The translations under genes and the position numbers were made by a program. DNA of 64,000 nt from positions 1 through 64,000 of IMG/VR virus record IMGVR_UViG_3300028392_000036. One strand, 5' to 3'. Within the stretch, counting starts at the first letter, position 1. Each line of letters starts with the position of its first letter. Below, one piece after another: positions 19,456-28,130 of the stretch. The stretch comes from a virus. Below the pieces are notes generated by a model. That model had not been told where the DNA came from, ran no database searches, and was given only the letters and a program-made list of their open reading frames with translations.

Positions 19456-20310
19456 ATGATCGAAAACATAGCCTATTATCCTTTGCAATGTGCAAAAAAT
19501 TCTCAGCCTGTTATGAATGCAGTACTAGATTGTTTACAAGCCAGAGGTATCCAAACACAAGAAAACTCCATGACAAGTGATGCGGCAATCATTTGGTCAG
19601 TGCTATGGGCCGGCCGGATGGCTGCTAATCAAACAGTATACGAACACTATAGATCACAAGGCAAACCAGTTGTTATAATTGAAATTGGAGCATTATATCG
19701 GGGCAATACCTGGAAGATCGCGGTAAACAATATCACCTATGACGGGTACTACGGCAACCAAGACAATTTGGATTGGGATAGACCTAAAAAATTACGCATC
19801 AGTTTGGCTACACAACTCAGTCCCAAGCCCAACATTATTGTGGCATTACAACATGATCGCAGTCTACAGGTAACCGGAATTGACATCACAGCGTGGTTGC
19901 ATAGTACCTTAAAAATACTCAAAAATTCAACGGATCGGCCCATCACAGTACGACCACATCCACGATGCAAATTAGCATTGAACAACTTGCCACAAGGGGT
20001 AACAGTAGAAATACCCAATCAATTACCAAACACTTACGATAGTTTTGACATGCATTATGATTGCCATACTTTAGTAAATATCAATTCAGGACCGGGAATA
20101 CAAGCGGCCATAGCCGGAGTTAGGCCATTGGTATCACCATCTAGTTTGGCATATCCTGTGGGCATTGGGTTTGCTGAAATTGAACAGCCTTATGCAAAAG
20201 ATCGAGAACTTTGGCTTACACAAATCTGTCATACAGAGTATACATTAGATGAACTGCGTCGAGGCATGTGGATAAGTAGAGTTGCACCAGCACTTGAAAG
20301 AAAACCATGA
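19456..20310 (+). CDS. KpsS-like glycan modification protein
   Basis: LQHDRS, ITVRPHPR, NSGPGIQAAIAGV. Confidence 0.6.
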   Translation: MIENIAYYPLQCAKNSQPVMNAVLDCLQARGIQTQENSMTSDAAIIWSVLWAGRMAANQTVYEHYRSQGKPVVIIEIGALYRGNTWKIAVNNITYDGYYGNQDNLDWDRPKKLRISLATQLSPKPNIIVALQHDRSLQVTGIDITAWLHSTLKILKNSTDRPITVRPHPRCKLALNNLPQGVTVEIPNQLPNTYDSFDMHYDCHTLVNINSGPGIQAAIAGVRPLVSPSSLAYPVGIGFAEIEQPYAKDRELWLTQICHTEYTLDELRRGMWISRVAPALERKP

Positions 20311-20942
20311 ACATCTGGCTTGATCACTATAGACGAATTTACTACCCTTTGTTAAACATTCAATTTGATGGAGTACAGGGTGTGCTGGCTGACGGCTTTT
20401 ACAATCGTGCAGTGGGATTTGATATTATCTTTAGACTATTATTAAATCAAAAACAATCCAATTTTAACATTGTTGAAACAGGCACACTGAGAACTCCGGG
20501 CAACTGGATGGACGGGCAAAGTGCTAGATTGTTTACAGAGTTTGTGGACCTGTACAATGGTCAGATGCGTAGTGTGGATATAGATTCAGTGGCCTGCGAA
20601 GCCGCACGTAACACTATTGTCAGCGACAAGTTTTCAGTTGCACTTAGTGACAGCGTAGATTGGCTCAAACAACAAACAGACTTAGATCAAGTTGATTTGT
20701 TTTATCTAGACAGTTATGATGTAGACTGGAACGATGATACCACGAGTGCTGAGCATCATTTAAATGAATTTATGGTCATTGAACCATACATTCGCCCGGG
20801 CGTTGTGGTAGTTGTAGACGATAACTCACGTTGGGTCAACAACAATCGGCGCACTGGTAAAGGTCGTAGAGTAGTTGAGTATCTCGAAACTCAAGGCCAT
20901 TTTCCCATTTACGACGAATACCAAATTATTTTTCAATTCTAA
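20307..20942 (+). CDS. SAM-dependent methyltransferase (Methyltransf_24-like)
   Basis: IVETGT, SVDID, SDSV, FYLDSYD, VVVDD. Confidence 0.75.
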   Translation: MNIWLDHYRRIYYPLLNIQFDGVQGVLADGFYNRAVGFDIIFRLLLNQKQSNFNIVETGTLRTPGNWMDGQSARLFTEFVDLYNGQMRSVDIDSVACEAARNTIVSDKFSVALSDSVDWLKQQTDLDQVDLFYLDSYDVDWNDDTTSAEHHLNEFMVIEPYIRPGVVVVVDDNSRWVNNNRRTGKGRRVVEYLETQGHFPIYDEYQIIFQF

Positions 20943-21667
20943 TGTCGAAGAAGAATCCCGGACGCATTGATTGTGCCTGCGTTATACACGGGAATGGTTA
21001 TGACTGGCAATATGTAGAAAGACTGTACAATATGCTGTGTCGAAATCTTGATCGAGAAGTTCGCTTGCACGTATACACAGAACACGACAGATCAGTTCCG
21101 CCACACATGGTCAAACATATCTTGGAAGATTGGGGCATATCTGGTCCCAAACGTAGTTGGTGGTACAAGATGCAGTTGTTCAATCCTGTTCATTTTGCGG
21201 GAAACTTATTGTACTTTGATCTAGACGTTGTGATTGCCAACCAACTAAACTGGGTGCGTGAACTTAGTACAGACTATCTATGGACCATTAGAGACTTTAG
21301 ATATCTACAACGTAGAGACACAGTCACAATGAACTCTAGTATGATGTGGTTTAATGTCGAACGATTCAGTTGGATATGGGACAAGTTCTCAGCGGCAGAT
21401 TTCAAAGCCACAATCAAGAGCTATCCTGGTGATCAAGATTACTTGGGTGCGGTACTAGATGTTAATCAGAGACGCTTTGCGGAAGACTTTCGTTTTGAAA
21501 GTTTCCGCTGGCAATGCCTAGATGGTGGATACGATTTTGCTCGACGCAAACACCTCAAGCCCGGCACTGGGGTTCGAATACAATCCGGCACCAGTGTAGT
21601 GGTGTTTCACGGCAACCCCAAGCCCGCACAAGTACACGATCCCCTAATACAACAACTGTGGCAGTAA
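20942..21667 (+). CDS. Glycosyltransferase (GT-A)
   Basis: WWYKMQLF, LYFDLDVV, NSSMM, GDQDY, VVFHGNPKP. Confidence 0.85.
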   Translation: MSKKNPGRIDCACVIHGNGYDWQYVERLYNMLCRNLDREVRLHVYTEHDRSVPPHMVKHILEDWGISGPKRSWWYKMQLFNPVHFAGNLLYFDLDVVIANQLNWVRELSTDYLWTIRDFRYLQRRDTVTMNSSMMWFNVERFSWIWDKFSAADFKATIKSYPGDQDYLGAVLDVNQRRFAEDFRFESFRWQCLDGGYDFARRKHLKPGTGVRIQSGTSVVVFHGNPKPAQVHDPLIQQLWQ

Positions 21668-21688
21668 AAACTAGTACTAGAGTAGTAC

Positions 21689-21717
21689 TTGACCAATAAT
21701 TCCCTTTTTGCTATAAT
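21689..21717 (+). promoter_or_regulatory. sigma70-type early promoter (repeat family)
   Basis: TTGACC-N17-TATAAT with extended -10 TG. Confidence 0.85.
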
Positions 21718-21746
21718 AATGGCATACAAAGCAAAAAGGGGTTGAC

Positions 21747-21977
21747 GTGGGATACAAAATTATTGCAGACAAGTTTGAAACAGATTCAATGCGCCAAAAG
21801 TATGGCCCACGTGCAGGGCTCGAAGGCCCATTCAAGTATGCATCTGGACGAGTGCTGTATTACGATCCCAAAGAAGGTCGCTATTATGACCCTACTACAG
21901 ACTTCTATCTTAGCCACGAGGAAATGGACGCTGAACACGGAATTCTTGTGAAACGACTGGTTGATTTCCAAAAGTAA
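21747..21977 (+). CDS. Small early hypothetical protein
   Basis: 76 aa, GLEGPF..GRVLYYDPKEGRYYDP; lies between two promoter repeats. Confidence 0.7.
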   Translation: MGYKIIADKFETDSMRQKYGPRAGLEGPFKYASGRVLYYDPKEGRYYDPTTDFYLSHEEMDAEHGILVKRLVDFQK

Positions 21978-22020
21978 TACTTTTGCTGTAATTGACAACT
22001 AATTGCCCTTTTGTTATAAT
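21969..22020 (+). promoter_or_regulatory. Palindrome plus sigma70 promoter
   Basis: CAAAAGTA-A-TACTTTTG, then TTGACA-N17-TATAAT. Confidence 0.85.
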
Positions 22021-22047
22021 ACACACATAAAGAAACAAAGGAAACAT

Positions 22048-22269
22048 ATGAATTTAAAACTCAAAGCCGCATTACAGACAGTAGGAATTCTTGCTGTGAC
22101 TTCTACCATGGTAATTGGTGTACAACTTTTAGTTACAACTTTAACTGCAAAAGAATTGACTACCCTGCTTGCAGTAGGAAGTATTACATTTTTGGTGTAT
22201 TGTATGTACCAAGTGGTGCTAAGTCGCCTAGAATACGAACAAAAAGTTGATGAAATCTCACAAAAGTAA
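22048..22269 (+). CDS. Small two-TM membrane protein
   Basis: AAGGA RBS, two hydrophobic segments. Confidence 0.7.
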   Translation: MNLKLKAALQTVGILAVTSTMVIGVQLLVTTLTAKELTTLLAVGSITFLVYCMYQVVLSRLEYEQKVDEISQK

Positions 22270-22312
22270 TACTTTTGTAGTACTTGACCAATAATTCCAA
22301 ATTTGCTATAAT
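22260..22312 (+). promoter_or_regulatory. Palindrome plus sigma70 promoter
   Basis: ACAAAAGTA-A-TACTTTTGT, then TTGACC-N17-TATAAT. Confidence 0.85.
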
Positions 22313-22358
22313 ATACACATAGACAGTAAGATAAACCCGCACACAAAAGGAGCCAACC

Positions 22359-23381
22359 ATGAGTGCAATCCGCGTAGTAAAAGGTACATACCGCAACAAA
22401 CCCGTCCGTAACCAAGAATTCGTTCTTGTGAGCGGTTTCCAAACTGGTGCCAAAGGTAACTTTGTTACTGTTAAAAATAACGGCATCTTCCCAAACTGCC
22501 CTGATACGGTACGTATTAGTGTAGACAACATCTCTGACATAGAGTATACTAACGGCATGACACACGACAACACTGTACATTTTGAAAAGCAGGTTCTTGT
22601 TACAGAGACTGACGAGCAAGCAATGGACCGTATCCGCGAGCGTTTTGATATCTTGACAGAGATGACAAAGGCCACTGTGAGCGGCGACATCCGTGCAATG
22701 ATTGTATCCGGCCCTCCCGGAGTTGGCAAGAGCTACGGTGTTGAGACTGAGATTGAAAAGGCTTGTTTGTTTGACAAACTTGCAGGCAAGCGCCTCCGTG
22801 CTGAGGTTGTTAAAGGTAGTGCCACCCCAATTGGTTTGTTCCAAACATTGTACAAATACTCAGATGAGAATTGTGTCATTGTGTTTGACGACTGTGATAG
22901 TATTTTGCTAGACGACGTGGCTCTTAACTTGCTGAAGGGTGCCTTGGACTCAGGTAAGAAGCGTACTATTTCATGGTTATCAGAGTCCAGTGCCTTACGC
23001 CGTGAAGGTATCCCAGATCGTTTCGAGTTCAAAGGCTCAGTAATCTTTATTACCAACCTTAAATTTGATCAGATGAAGTCGCAAAAATTGCGTGACCACT
23101 TGGATGCACTGCAATCACGCTGTCACTATCTGGACTTGACCTTAGACACAATGCGTGACCGTTTGTTGCGTATCAAACAGATTGCCAAAGATGGTGTACT
23201 GTTCCAGGACTATGAGTTTGAAGAGGCTGTGCAAGAAGACATTATTGAGTTTATGCACACCAACAAGGACCGTTTGCGTGAAGTGAGTTTGCGTATGGCT
23301 CTTAAGATTGCAGACTTGCGTAAGATGTCAGTGTTGAACTGGAAGCGTTTGGCAGAGACAACTTGTATGAAGGTTGCCTAA
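22359..23381 (+). CDS. AAA+ / P-loop ATPase
   Basis: GPPGVGKS, IVFDDCD, FITN, ALQSR. Confidence 0.85.
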   Translation: MSAIRVVKGTYRNKPVRNQEFVLVSGFQTGAKGNFVTVKNNGIFPNCPDTVRISVDNISDIEYTNGMTHDNTVHFEKQVLVTETDEQAMDRIRERFDILTEMTKATVSGDIRAMIVSGPPGVGKSYGVETEIEKACLFDKLAGKRLRAEVVKGSATPIGLFQTLYKYSDENCVIVFDDCDSILLDDVALNLLKGALDSGKKRTISWLSESSALRREGIPDRFEFKGSVIFITNLKFDQMKSQKLRDHLDALQSRCHYLDLTLDTMRDRLLRIKQIAKDGVLFQDYEFEEAVQEDIIEFMHTNKDRLREVSLRMALKIADLRKMSVLNWKRLAETTCMKVA

Positions 23382-23382
23382 T

Positions 23383-23475
23383 ATGGCTTGGATAGGTGTC
23401 TTAATGTTGCTAATGTTAGGACACCTTTGGTGGGCACTACTTTTATCGTTTATTATTTTAATGTTTGGAAATTGA
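23383..23475 (+). CDS. Putative 30-aa hydrophobic peptide
   Basis: MAWIGVLMLLMLGHLWWALLLSFIILMFGN, tightly packed after the ATPase. Confidence 0.5.
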   Translation: MAWIGVLMLLMLGHLWWALLLSFIILMFGN

Positions 23476-23476
23476 T

Positions 23477-23584
23477 ATGTACGAAATTTATGATGGTGAC
23501 TTGTTGTTGTTTACTGTAGCAACTCGTGCCGAAGCAGACGAACAACGGCAAATGGGATTTCGGATAGTGCGTGTGGCAAAGTAA
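23477..23584 (+). CDS. Putative 35-aa protein
   Basis: MYEIYDGDLLLFTVATRAEADEQRQMGFRIVRVAK. Confidence 0.5.
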   Translation: MYEIYDGDLLLFTVATRAEADEQRQMGFRIVRVAK

Positions 23585-23631
23585 CTCTTAAAGTTTCCCC
23601 GGGCATTGGTTGGCTCCGGCCCGGGTTTTAT

Positions 23632-23665
23632 AACAGACACCCTTAAAAAAGGTGTCTGTTTTTTT
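23632..23665 (+). terminator. Rho-independent terminator
   Basis: AACAGACACC..GGTGTCTGTT followed by a T-run; preceded by a CCCGGGC/GCCCGGG hairpin near 23598-23625. Confidence 0.85.
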
Positions 23666-23692
23666 GACTTCTTGTTGCAATAAGTATATACT
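23664..23692 (+). promoter_or_regulatory. sigma70 promoter for uvsW (probably leaderless)
   Basis: TTGACT-N17-TATACT, with ATG 6 nt downstream. Confidence 0.7.
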
Positions 23693-23698
23693 AACATA

Positions 23699-25168
23699 AT
23701 GAAACGATGCACAATACAGATTAAAGACGAAGTAAACATCAAGTTAGAAGGCTTGGATTTGGACGTGCGCAAGGCACTGGTCAACGCTTTCAAATACGAA
23801 AACCCCGCCGCCCGTTACATGCCAGCGGTGCGACTGGGACGTTGGGATGGCAAGGTTGCATACTTCCAACTGGGCGGATCCACTTACACCAATTTGCTAC
23901 CCGAGATTGTTCCTATACTTGAAAAGTTTGATTACGATATTGAACTGGATGATCAAAGAGATTACTCTACTAAGTTTGAGTTTGAACAGGTGCGTGAGGA
24001 TAGTTTTGCACACGTGACCTGGCCTAAAGGACATCCTGCCGAAGGTGAGCCTATCATGATGCGAGATTATCAGGTGGAAATTGTCAACAACTTTCTGGCC
24101 AATCCGCAGTGCCTGCAAGAAGTGGCCACAGGTGCAGGCAAAACAATCATGACAGCGGCCTTGTCAAACGCTGTGGCACCATATGGACGAAGCATTGTGA
24201 TTGTGCCCAACAAGAGCTTGGTAACACAAACAGAAAAAGACTATATCAACATGCAACAGGATGTGGGTGTGTTCTTTGGCGATCGTAAAGAATATGGCCG
24301 TACACATACCATTTGCACCTGGCAAAGTCTAAACGTGCTGTTGAAGAACACCAAGGCCGGTACAGGCGAAGTCACAATACAAGAGTTCCTGGAAGACGTT
24401 GTGTGTGTTATTGTAGACGAAGTACACATGGCCAAAGCAGATGCACTCAAAACCTTGCTGACAGGCGTGATGGCTAGAGTGCCAATTCGCTGGGGTTTGA
24501 CCGGAACTATTCCCAAAGAGAAGTTTGAGAGCCAGGCCCTGTTGGTTGGACTGGGTCCTGTTATTGGTCGCTTGAGTGCAAATGAACTGCAACAGCAAGG
24601 TGTGTTAGCCAACTGTCACGTGAATATTGTGCAGTTGGTGGATCACGTGGAGTATAAAGAGTATCAATCGGAACTTAAATACTTGCTTGAAGAGTCGGGC
24701 AGGTTAGACACCATGGCTGACTTGATCCGTCGAGTAAACGAAACAGGCAACACTCTTGTGCTGGTGGATAGAGTAGCCGCAGGGCATGCTCTAGTAGAGC
24801 GACTGGGTGATCGTGCTGTGTTTGTGTCGGGCGCGACCAAAGCAAAGGACCGTCAAGATGAATACGATGAAGTTGCTGACAGCACTGATAAGATTTTAGT
24901 ATGTACCTATGGGGTCGCCGCTGTAGGAATCAACGTTCCTAGGTTGTTTAACGTTGTTATGGTCGAACCAGGAAAAAGTTTTGTACGTGTTATTCAAAGT
25001 ATAGGTAGGGGATTAAGAAAAGCAGAGGATAAAGATTATGTTAATATTTACGATATAACTAGCACATGTAAATTTGCTAAAAGGCACCTACAAAAAAGAA
25101 AAGTTTTTTATAAGGAAGCCGGATATCCAATGTCCTTAGAGAAATTAGAATGGATGAAAATTAAGTAG
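23699..25168 (+). CDS. uvsW: SF2 DNA helicase UvsW-like
   Basis: RDYQ, ATGAGKT, IVDEVH, GLTGT, QSIGRGLR. Confidence 0.92.
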   Translation: MKRCTIQIKDEVNIKLEGLDLDVRKALVNAFKYENPAARYMPAVRLGRWDGKVAYFQLGGSTYTNLLPEIVPILEKFDYDIELDDQRDYSTKFEFEQVREDSFAHVTWPKGHPAEGEPIMMRDYQVEIVNNFLANPQCLQEVATGAGKTIMTAALSNAVAPYGRSIVIVPNKSLVTQTEKDYINMQQDVGVFFGDRKEYGRTHTICTWQSLNVLLKNTKAGTGEVTIQEFLEDVVCVIVDEVHMAKADALKTLLTGVMARVPIRWGLTGTIPKEKFESQALLVGLGPVIGRLSANELQQQGVLANCHVNIVQLVDHVEYKEYQSELKYLLEESGRLDTMADLIRRVNETGNTLVLVDRVAAGHALVERLGDRAVFVSGATKAKDRQDEYDEVADSTDKILVCTYGVAAVGINVPRLFNVVMVEPGKSFVRVIQSIGRGLRKAEDKDYVNIYDITSTCKFAKRHLQKRKVFYKEAGYPMSLEKLEWMKIK

Positions 25169-25757
25169 TTTTTAACTTTAGTCCTTTATTCCAGGCGACC
25201 TGAGACCCCGTTTTTCCTTTATTCCACGGAACTCTTCCTTTAAGTTTTGCCTTTATTTTTTCAATTGATTCTTCACTGTGTTTTTTACCATAGAAAGGAT
25301 TTAAATCTTGGTAATTACCTTTATTTGGAGAAGGACGACCTTTTAATGCATTTGATCTTTTTAAATTAGATTCAGCACTTTGTTCATAACACCCAATCTT
25401 TCCTTTGTTCCAAGGTACGCGGCCCTGGATTGACTTTGAATAGGCTTCTTTTATTGCACTATATGTATGGCTTTTAATTTTATAATTACCTTGCCGCTCA
25501 GTTAACATAGACATACACCACAATGCACCATACATTTTAGATTGATGTATACCTAAACACATTTTTGGTAATAACAAATGACAGATAAAATGTTCTCGAG
25601 CAGTAAGTACAACAAGATTTTCTTCTTTGTTATTCCCACCTAAACTTCGAGGAATGATATGATGTTTTTCGGTGTAGATTTCTTTTGATAATTCTCTTGA
25701 CTTCGCACGATTAACGATGTTATAATAGCAACATGAATACTTATTTTGTAAATACAT
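25161..25757 (-). mobile_element. Free-standing HNH homing endonuclease with NUMOD3-like/PWNKG repeats
   Basis: EKHHIIPRSLGGNN..NLV.LTAREHFICHLLL; PFYGKKHSEESIEKI; AT-rich; on the opposite strand to its neighbours. Confidence 0.9.
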
Positions 25758-25826
25758 GGCTGATTGCTCCTTGTAGCATTAGAGTAGTTGGGAATCCCCA
25801 TTCCGCGAACTACACCTATATTTATA
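25758..25826 (-). promoter_or_regulatory. Late promoter and stem-loop leader of HNH gene
   Basis: Minus strand: TATAAATA (25826-25819), GTAGTT..GGAAT-GGGG-ATTCC..AACTAC stem, TGCT-ACAAGG-AGCA hairpin over the AGGAG RBS. Confidence 0.7.
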
Positions 25827-25842
25827 CTTCAAGGAAAATATT

Positions 25843-26343
25843 TTGCGTATTTTGACCCTCGACAACACCTATTACGACCTAAATCAACTGCCCGAAGAAG
25901 TAGATGACATGCGATTTGCCATACTAGATAATTCAAATCCAGCAGATCCAGACTATCATTTCATTCCGTTAATTTTCTTAGAGAGTTTTAATGCGCCAGC
26001 TCTAGTGTTACGTATAGGAACACAAACAATCAAAATGCCCATGGATTGGCAGATACTGATTGGAGAACCAGACATTGGTGATCTAGAAGTACTACCGCTA
26101 ACTTCAATCAATGATAGAGGTTTTAGAGTATTCCAGTTCAATCCATTAAGCAGTTATAGACCCAGTTTCCCGGATATTGAAATACTAGATGTGTATCATG
26201 AAGTCAACTGGTACGCACCCAAACTCAAGAACGGTCAGATGTTAGCCGTGCCCATAAACGATGAACCCGAACCTGACTGTGTGTACTTTGTTAAAGATGT
26301 TAGCCGCAACTGCGAGATTGTGGACTACAACAAGGCCTGGTAA
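25843..26343 (+). CDS. Conserved-looking phage hypothetical protein
   Basis: 166 aa, TTG start with AAGGA RBS. Confidence 0.7.
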   Translation: MRILTLDNTYYDLNQLPEEVDDMRFAILDNSNPADPDYHFIPLIFLESFNAPALVLRIGTQTIKMPMDWQILIGEPDIGDLEVLPLTSINDRGFRVFQFNPLSSYRPSFPDIEILDVYHEVNWYAPKLKNGQMLAVPINDEPEPDCVYFVKDVSRNCEIVDYNKAW

Positions 26344-26642
26344 TGTCGCAACTCAAGCCCGGCGCCACATACATTTACGAACGTGCCAACGGCGTTGTGT
26401 ATGCCCGTGAGTTGGGTGCCGATCCTAGCACCAGATTTGAAGTGGGATACGAGTATGATCCCATAACAGGACACCGCATGGATCACGATTCTAGAACAAG
26501 CGATGGCAGACCATTGTTTGAACACATACAAGAAAACAAGTTGTGGGGCGAAATTCGCCGCGAAGCACGAACCAATCCCACTTTACAAGATGCCCTGGAC
26601 CATGCTATAATGATCTATCAATTGACCAAAACACATGAGTGA
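26343..26642 (+). CDS. Hypothetical protein
   Basis: 99 aa, translationally coupled. Confidence 0.7.
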   Translation: MSQLKPGATYIYERANGVVYARELGADPSTRFEVGYEYDPITGHRMDHDSRTSDGRPLFEHIQENKLWGEIRREARTNPTLQDALDHAIMIYQLTKTHE

Positions 26643-27081
26643 TAAACTAAACATTGCCAATGAGATGCGTATGTTTGACCGCAAGGTCAGAACATTCTAT
26701 GATGACTTGACAGCAGAAGAAAAGAAAAAGTTTTCAAACTATCTCATGATACGCTGGGGTTCGGCTGTGGAAGGTTCGAGAGAACTACAAGAGTTTTATG
26801 TGATTGCGTGTAATGAACGATTGAACAAACACTTCTTCAATGTGAGCCGGCATCCTAAACTGCAATGGCTCATGGCCACAACAGTTAGCCCTGACATGGG
26901 CACACCAAGACATCCCTGGATCGCTCCAAAGAAAAAAGAAGCAGGGTTGAGTGCCAAACGTAAGGCATTGATAGCCATGTATCCCACCTACAAAGATGAC
27001 GAGATAGATGTCATGTGTGAAATCACAACACAAAAAGAAATAGACGCATACAACCGTGCCGCAGGCAACGACAAGAAATGA
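26635..27081 (+). CDS. Putative clamp-loader small subunit (gp62-like)
   Basis: Size and Y.MIRW.S...HPKLQW...WI.PKKK pattern reminiscent of gp62; sits in the replication region. Confidence 0.45.
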   Translation: MSDKLNIANEMRMFDRKVRTFYDDLTAEEKKKFSNYLMIRWGSAVEGSRELQEFYVIACNERLNKHFFNVSRHPKLQWLMATTVSPDMGTPRHPWIAPKKKEAGLSAKRKALIAMYPTYKDDEIDVMCEITTQKEIDAYNRAAGNDKK

Positions 27082-27752
27082 CATTCACGTGCGAGTATTG
27101 TAAGAAAACGTTTATCAAAGAAACGTCACTGTTGGTGCATTCATGCGAGCCCAAGCGCAGACGACTGGCCAGAGATGAAGCAGGTGTACGCATAGGCTTC
27201 CAGGCCTACATCCGATTCTATGAAACCATGCAAGGCTCGGCTAAAAACAAAACACACGATGACTTTTGTGACAGCCCTTACTACCGAGCATTTGTGAAAT
27301 TTGGAAACTATTGTGTAAACACCCATGTGATTGCCCCGGCAAGATTTATGGCCTGGTTGCTGAAAGCACAAAAGAAGATTGACCACTGGTGCAGTGACAA
27401 TGTGTACACAGAGTACTTGATTGAATATCTGCGTGTGGAAGCAGTGGATGATGCCCTGGCTCGTGCAATAGAACACAGCATGAGATGGGCAGAAGAAACA
27501 GGTAATCCCCCACACGACTGGATGCGTTATGGCAATACCAATAGTTTATGTTATGCGGTCACAGCAGGACGTATCTCACCTTGGATAATCTACAATTCAG
27601 AATCGGGACAAAAGTTCCTGAGTGAACTCACAACAGAACAAGTGGCCATGGTATGGCCCTATATTGATTCGGATGCCTGGCAAAAGAAATTCACAAATTA
27701 TCCAGCAGATCAAGAGTATGTGAAAGATATATTAAACAAAGCAGGATGGTAA
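27078..27752 (+). CDS. Zn-finger-containing hypothetical protein
   Basis: N-terminal CEYC...H.C. Confidence 0.65.
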   Translation: MTFTCEYCKKTFIKETSLLVHSCEPKRRRLARDEAGVRIGFQAYIRFYETMQGSAKNKTHDDFCDSPYYRAFVKFGNYCVNTHVIAPARFMAWLLKAQKKIDHWCSDNVYTEYLIEYLRVEAVDDALARAIEHSMRWAEETGNPPHDWMRYGNTNSLCYAVTAGRISPWIIYNSESGQKFLSELTTEQVAMVWPYIDSDAWQKKFTNYPADQEYVKDILNKAGW

Positions 27753-27753
27753 C

Positions 27754-28104
27754 ATGATTAAAAACATTTGGCACGATGGTCCAGGACTCCTTGTACAACA
27801 TTCTCAATCTGACCCTCGCTTTAGCATGAATCAGCAGGATGCTGGGCGTGTGCGTTACAACGGTGACATGGCCTGTTTAGAAACATATAATGGTTATAGT
27901 TGGGTCCAATTTCAGACCACTGCAATGATTGGGCTAAATCACGATTACATCAGTGCCGTCGAATGGGCCAAAGGCAAGATGACAGAAGAACATCAAATTC
28001 GTCAACTTGCGGCCAAACACCCTGCTGTGGCAGATGCATTAGAGGCAGTGAAAAAGGCTGAAGAAAGAGTTCGAATTGTAGCCGCATTGGTGGATACTGA
28101 ATGA
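27754..28104 (+). CDS. Hypothetical protein
   Basis: 116 aa, G.VRYN...LE.YNG.SW motif and C-terminal helix. Confidence 0.65.
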   Translation: MIKNIWHDGPGLLVQHSQSDPRFSMNQQDAGRVRYNGDMACLETYNGYSWVQFQTTAMIGLNHDYISAVEWAKGKMTEEHQIRQLAAKHPAVADALEAVKKAEERVRIVAALVDTE

Positions 28105-28130
28105 TATTGACTTTGCGGATAAATAACAAT

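Noticed and set aside
21669-22325. Spaced repeats as a CRISPR array
   Set aside because: The repeats are degenerate promoters separated by 230-300 bp genes; no cas genes are present.
22014-22844. Long antisense ORFs (also 679-1251, 6444-6875, 36571-37044 and similar)
   Set aside because: Shadow frames of well-supported + strand genes, with no motifs or RBS.
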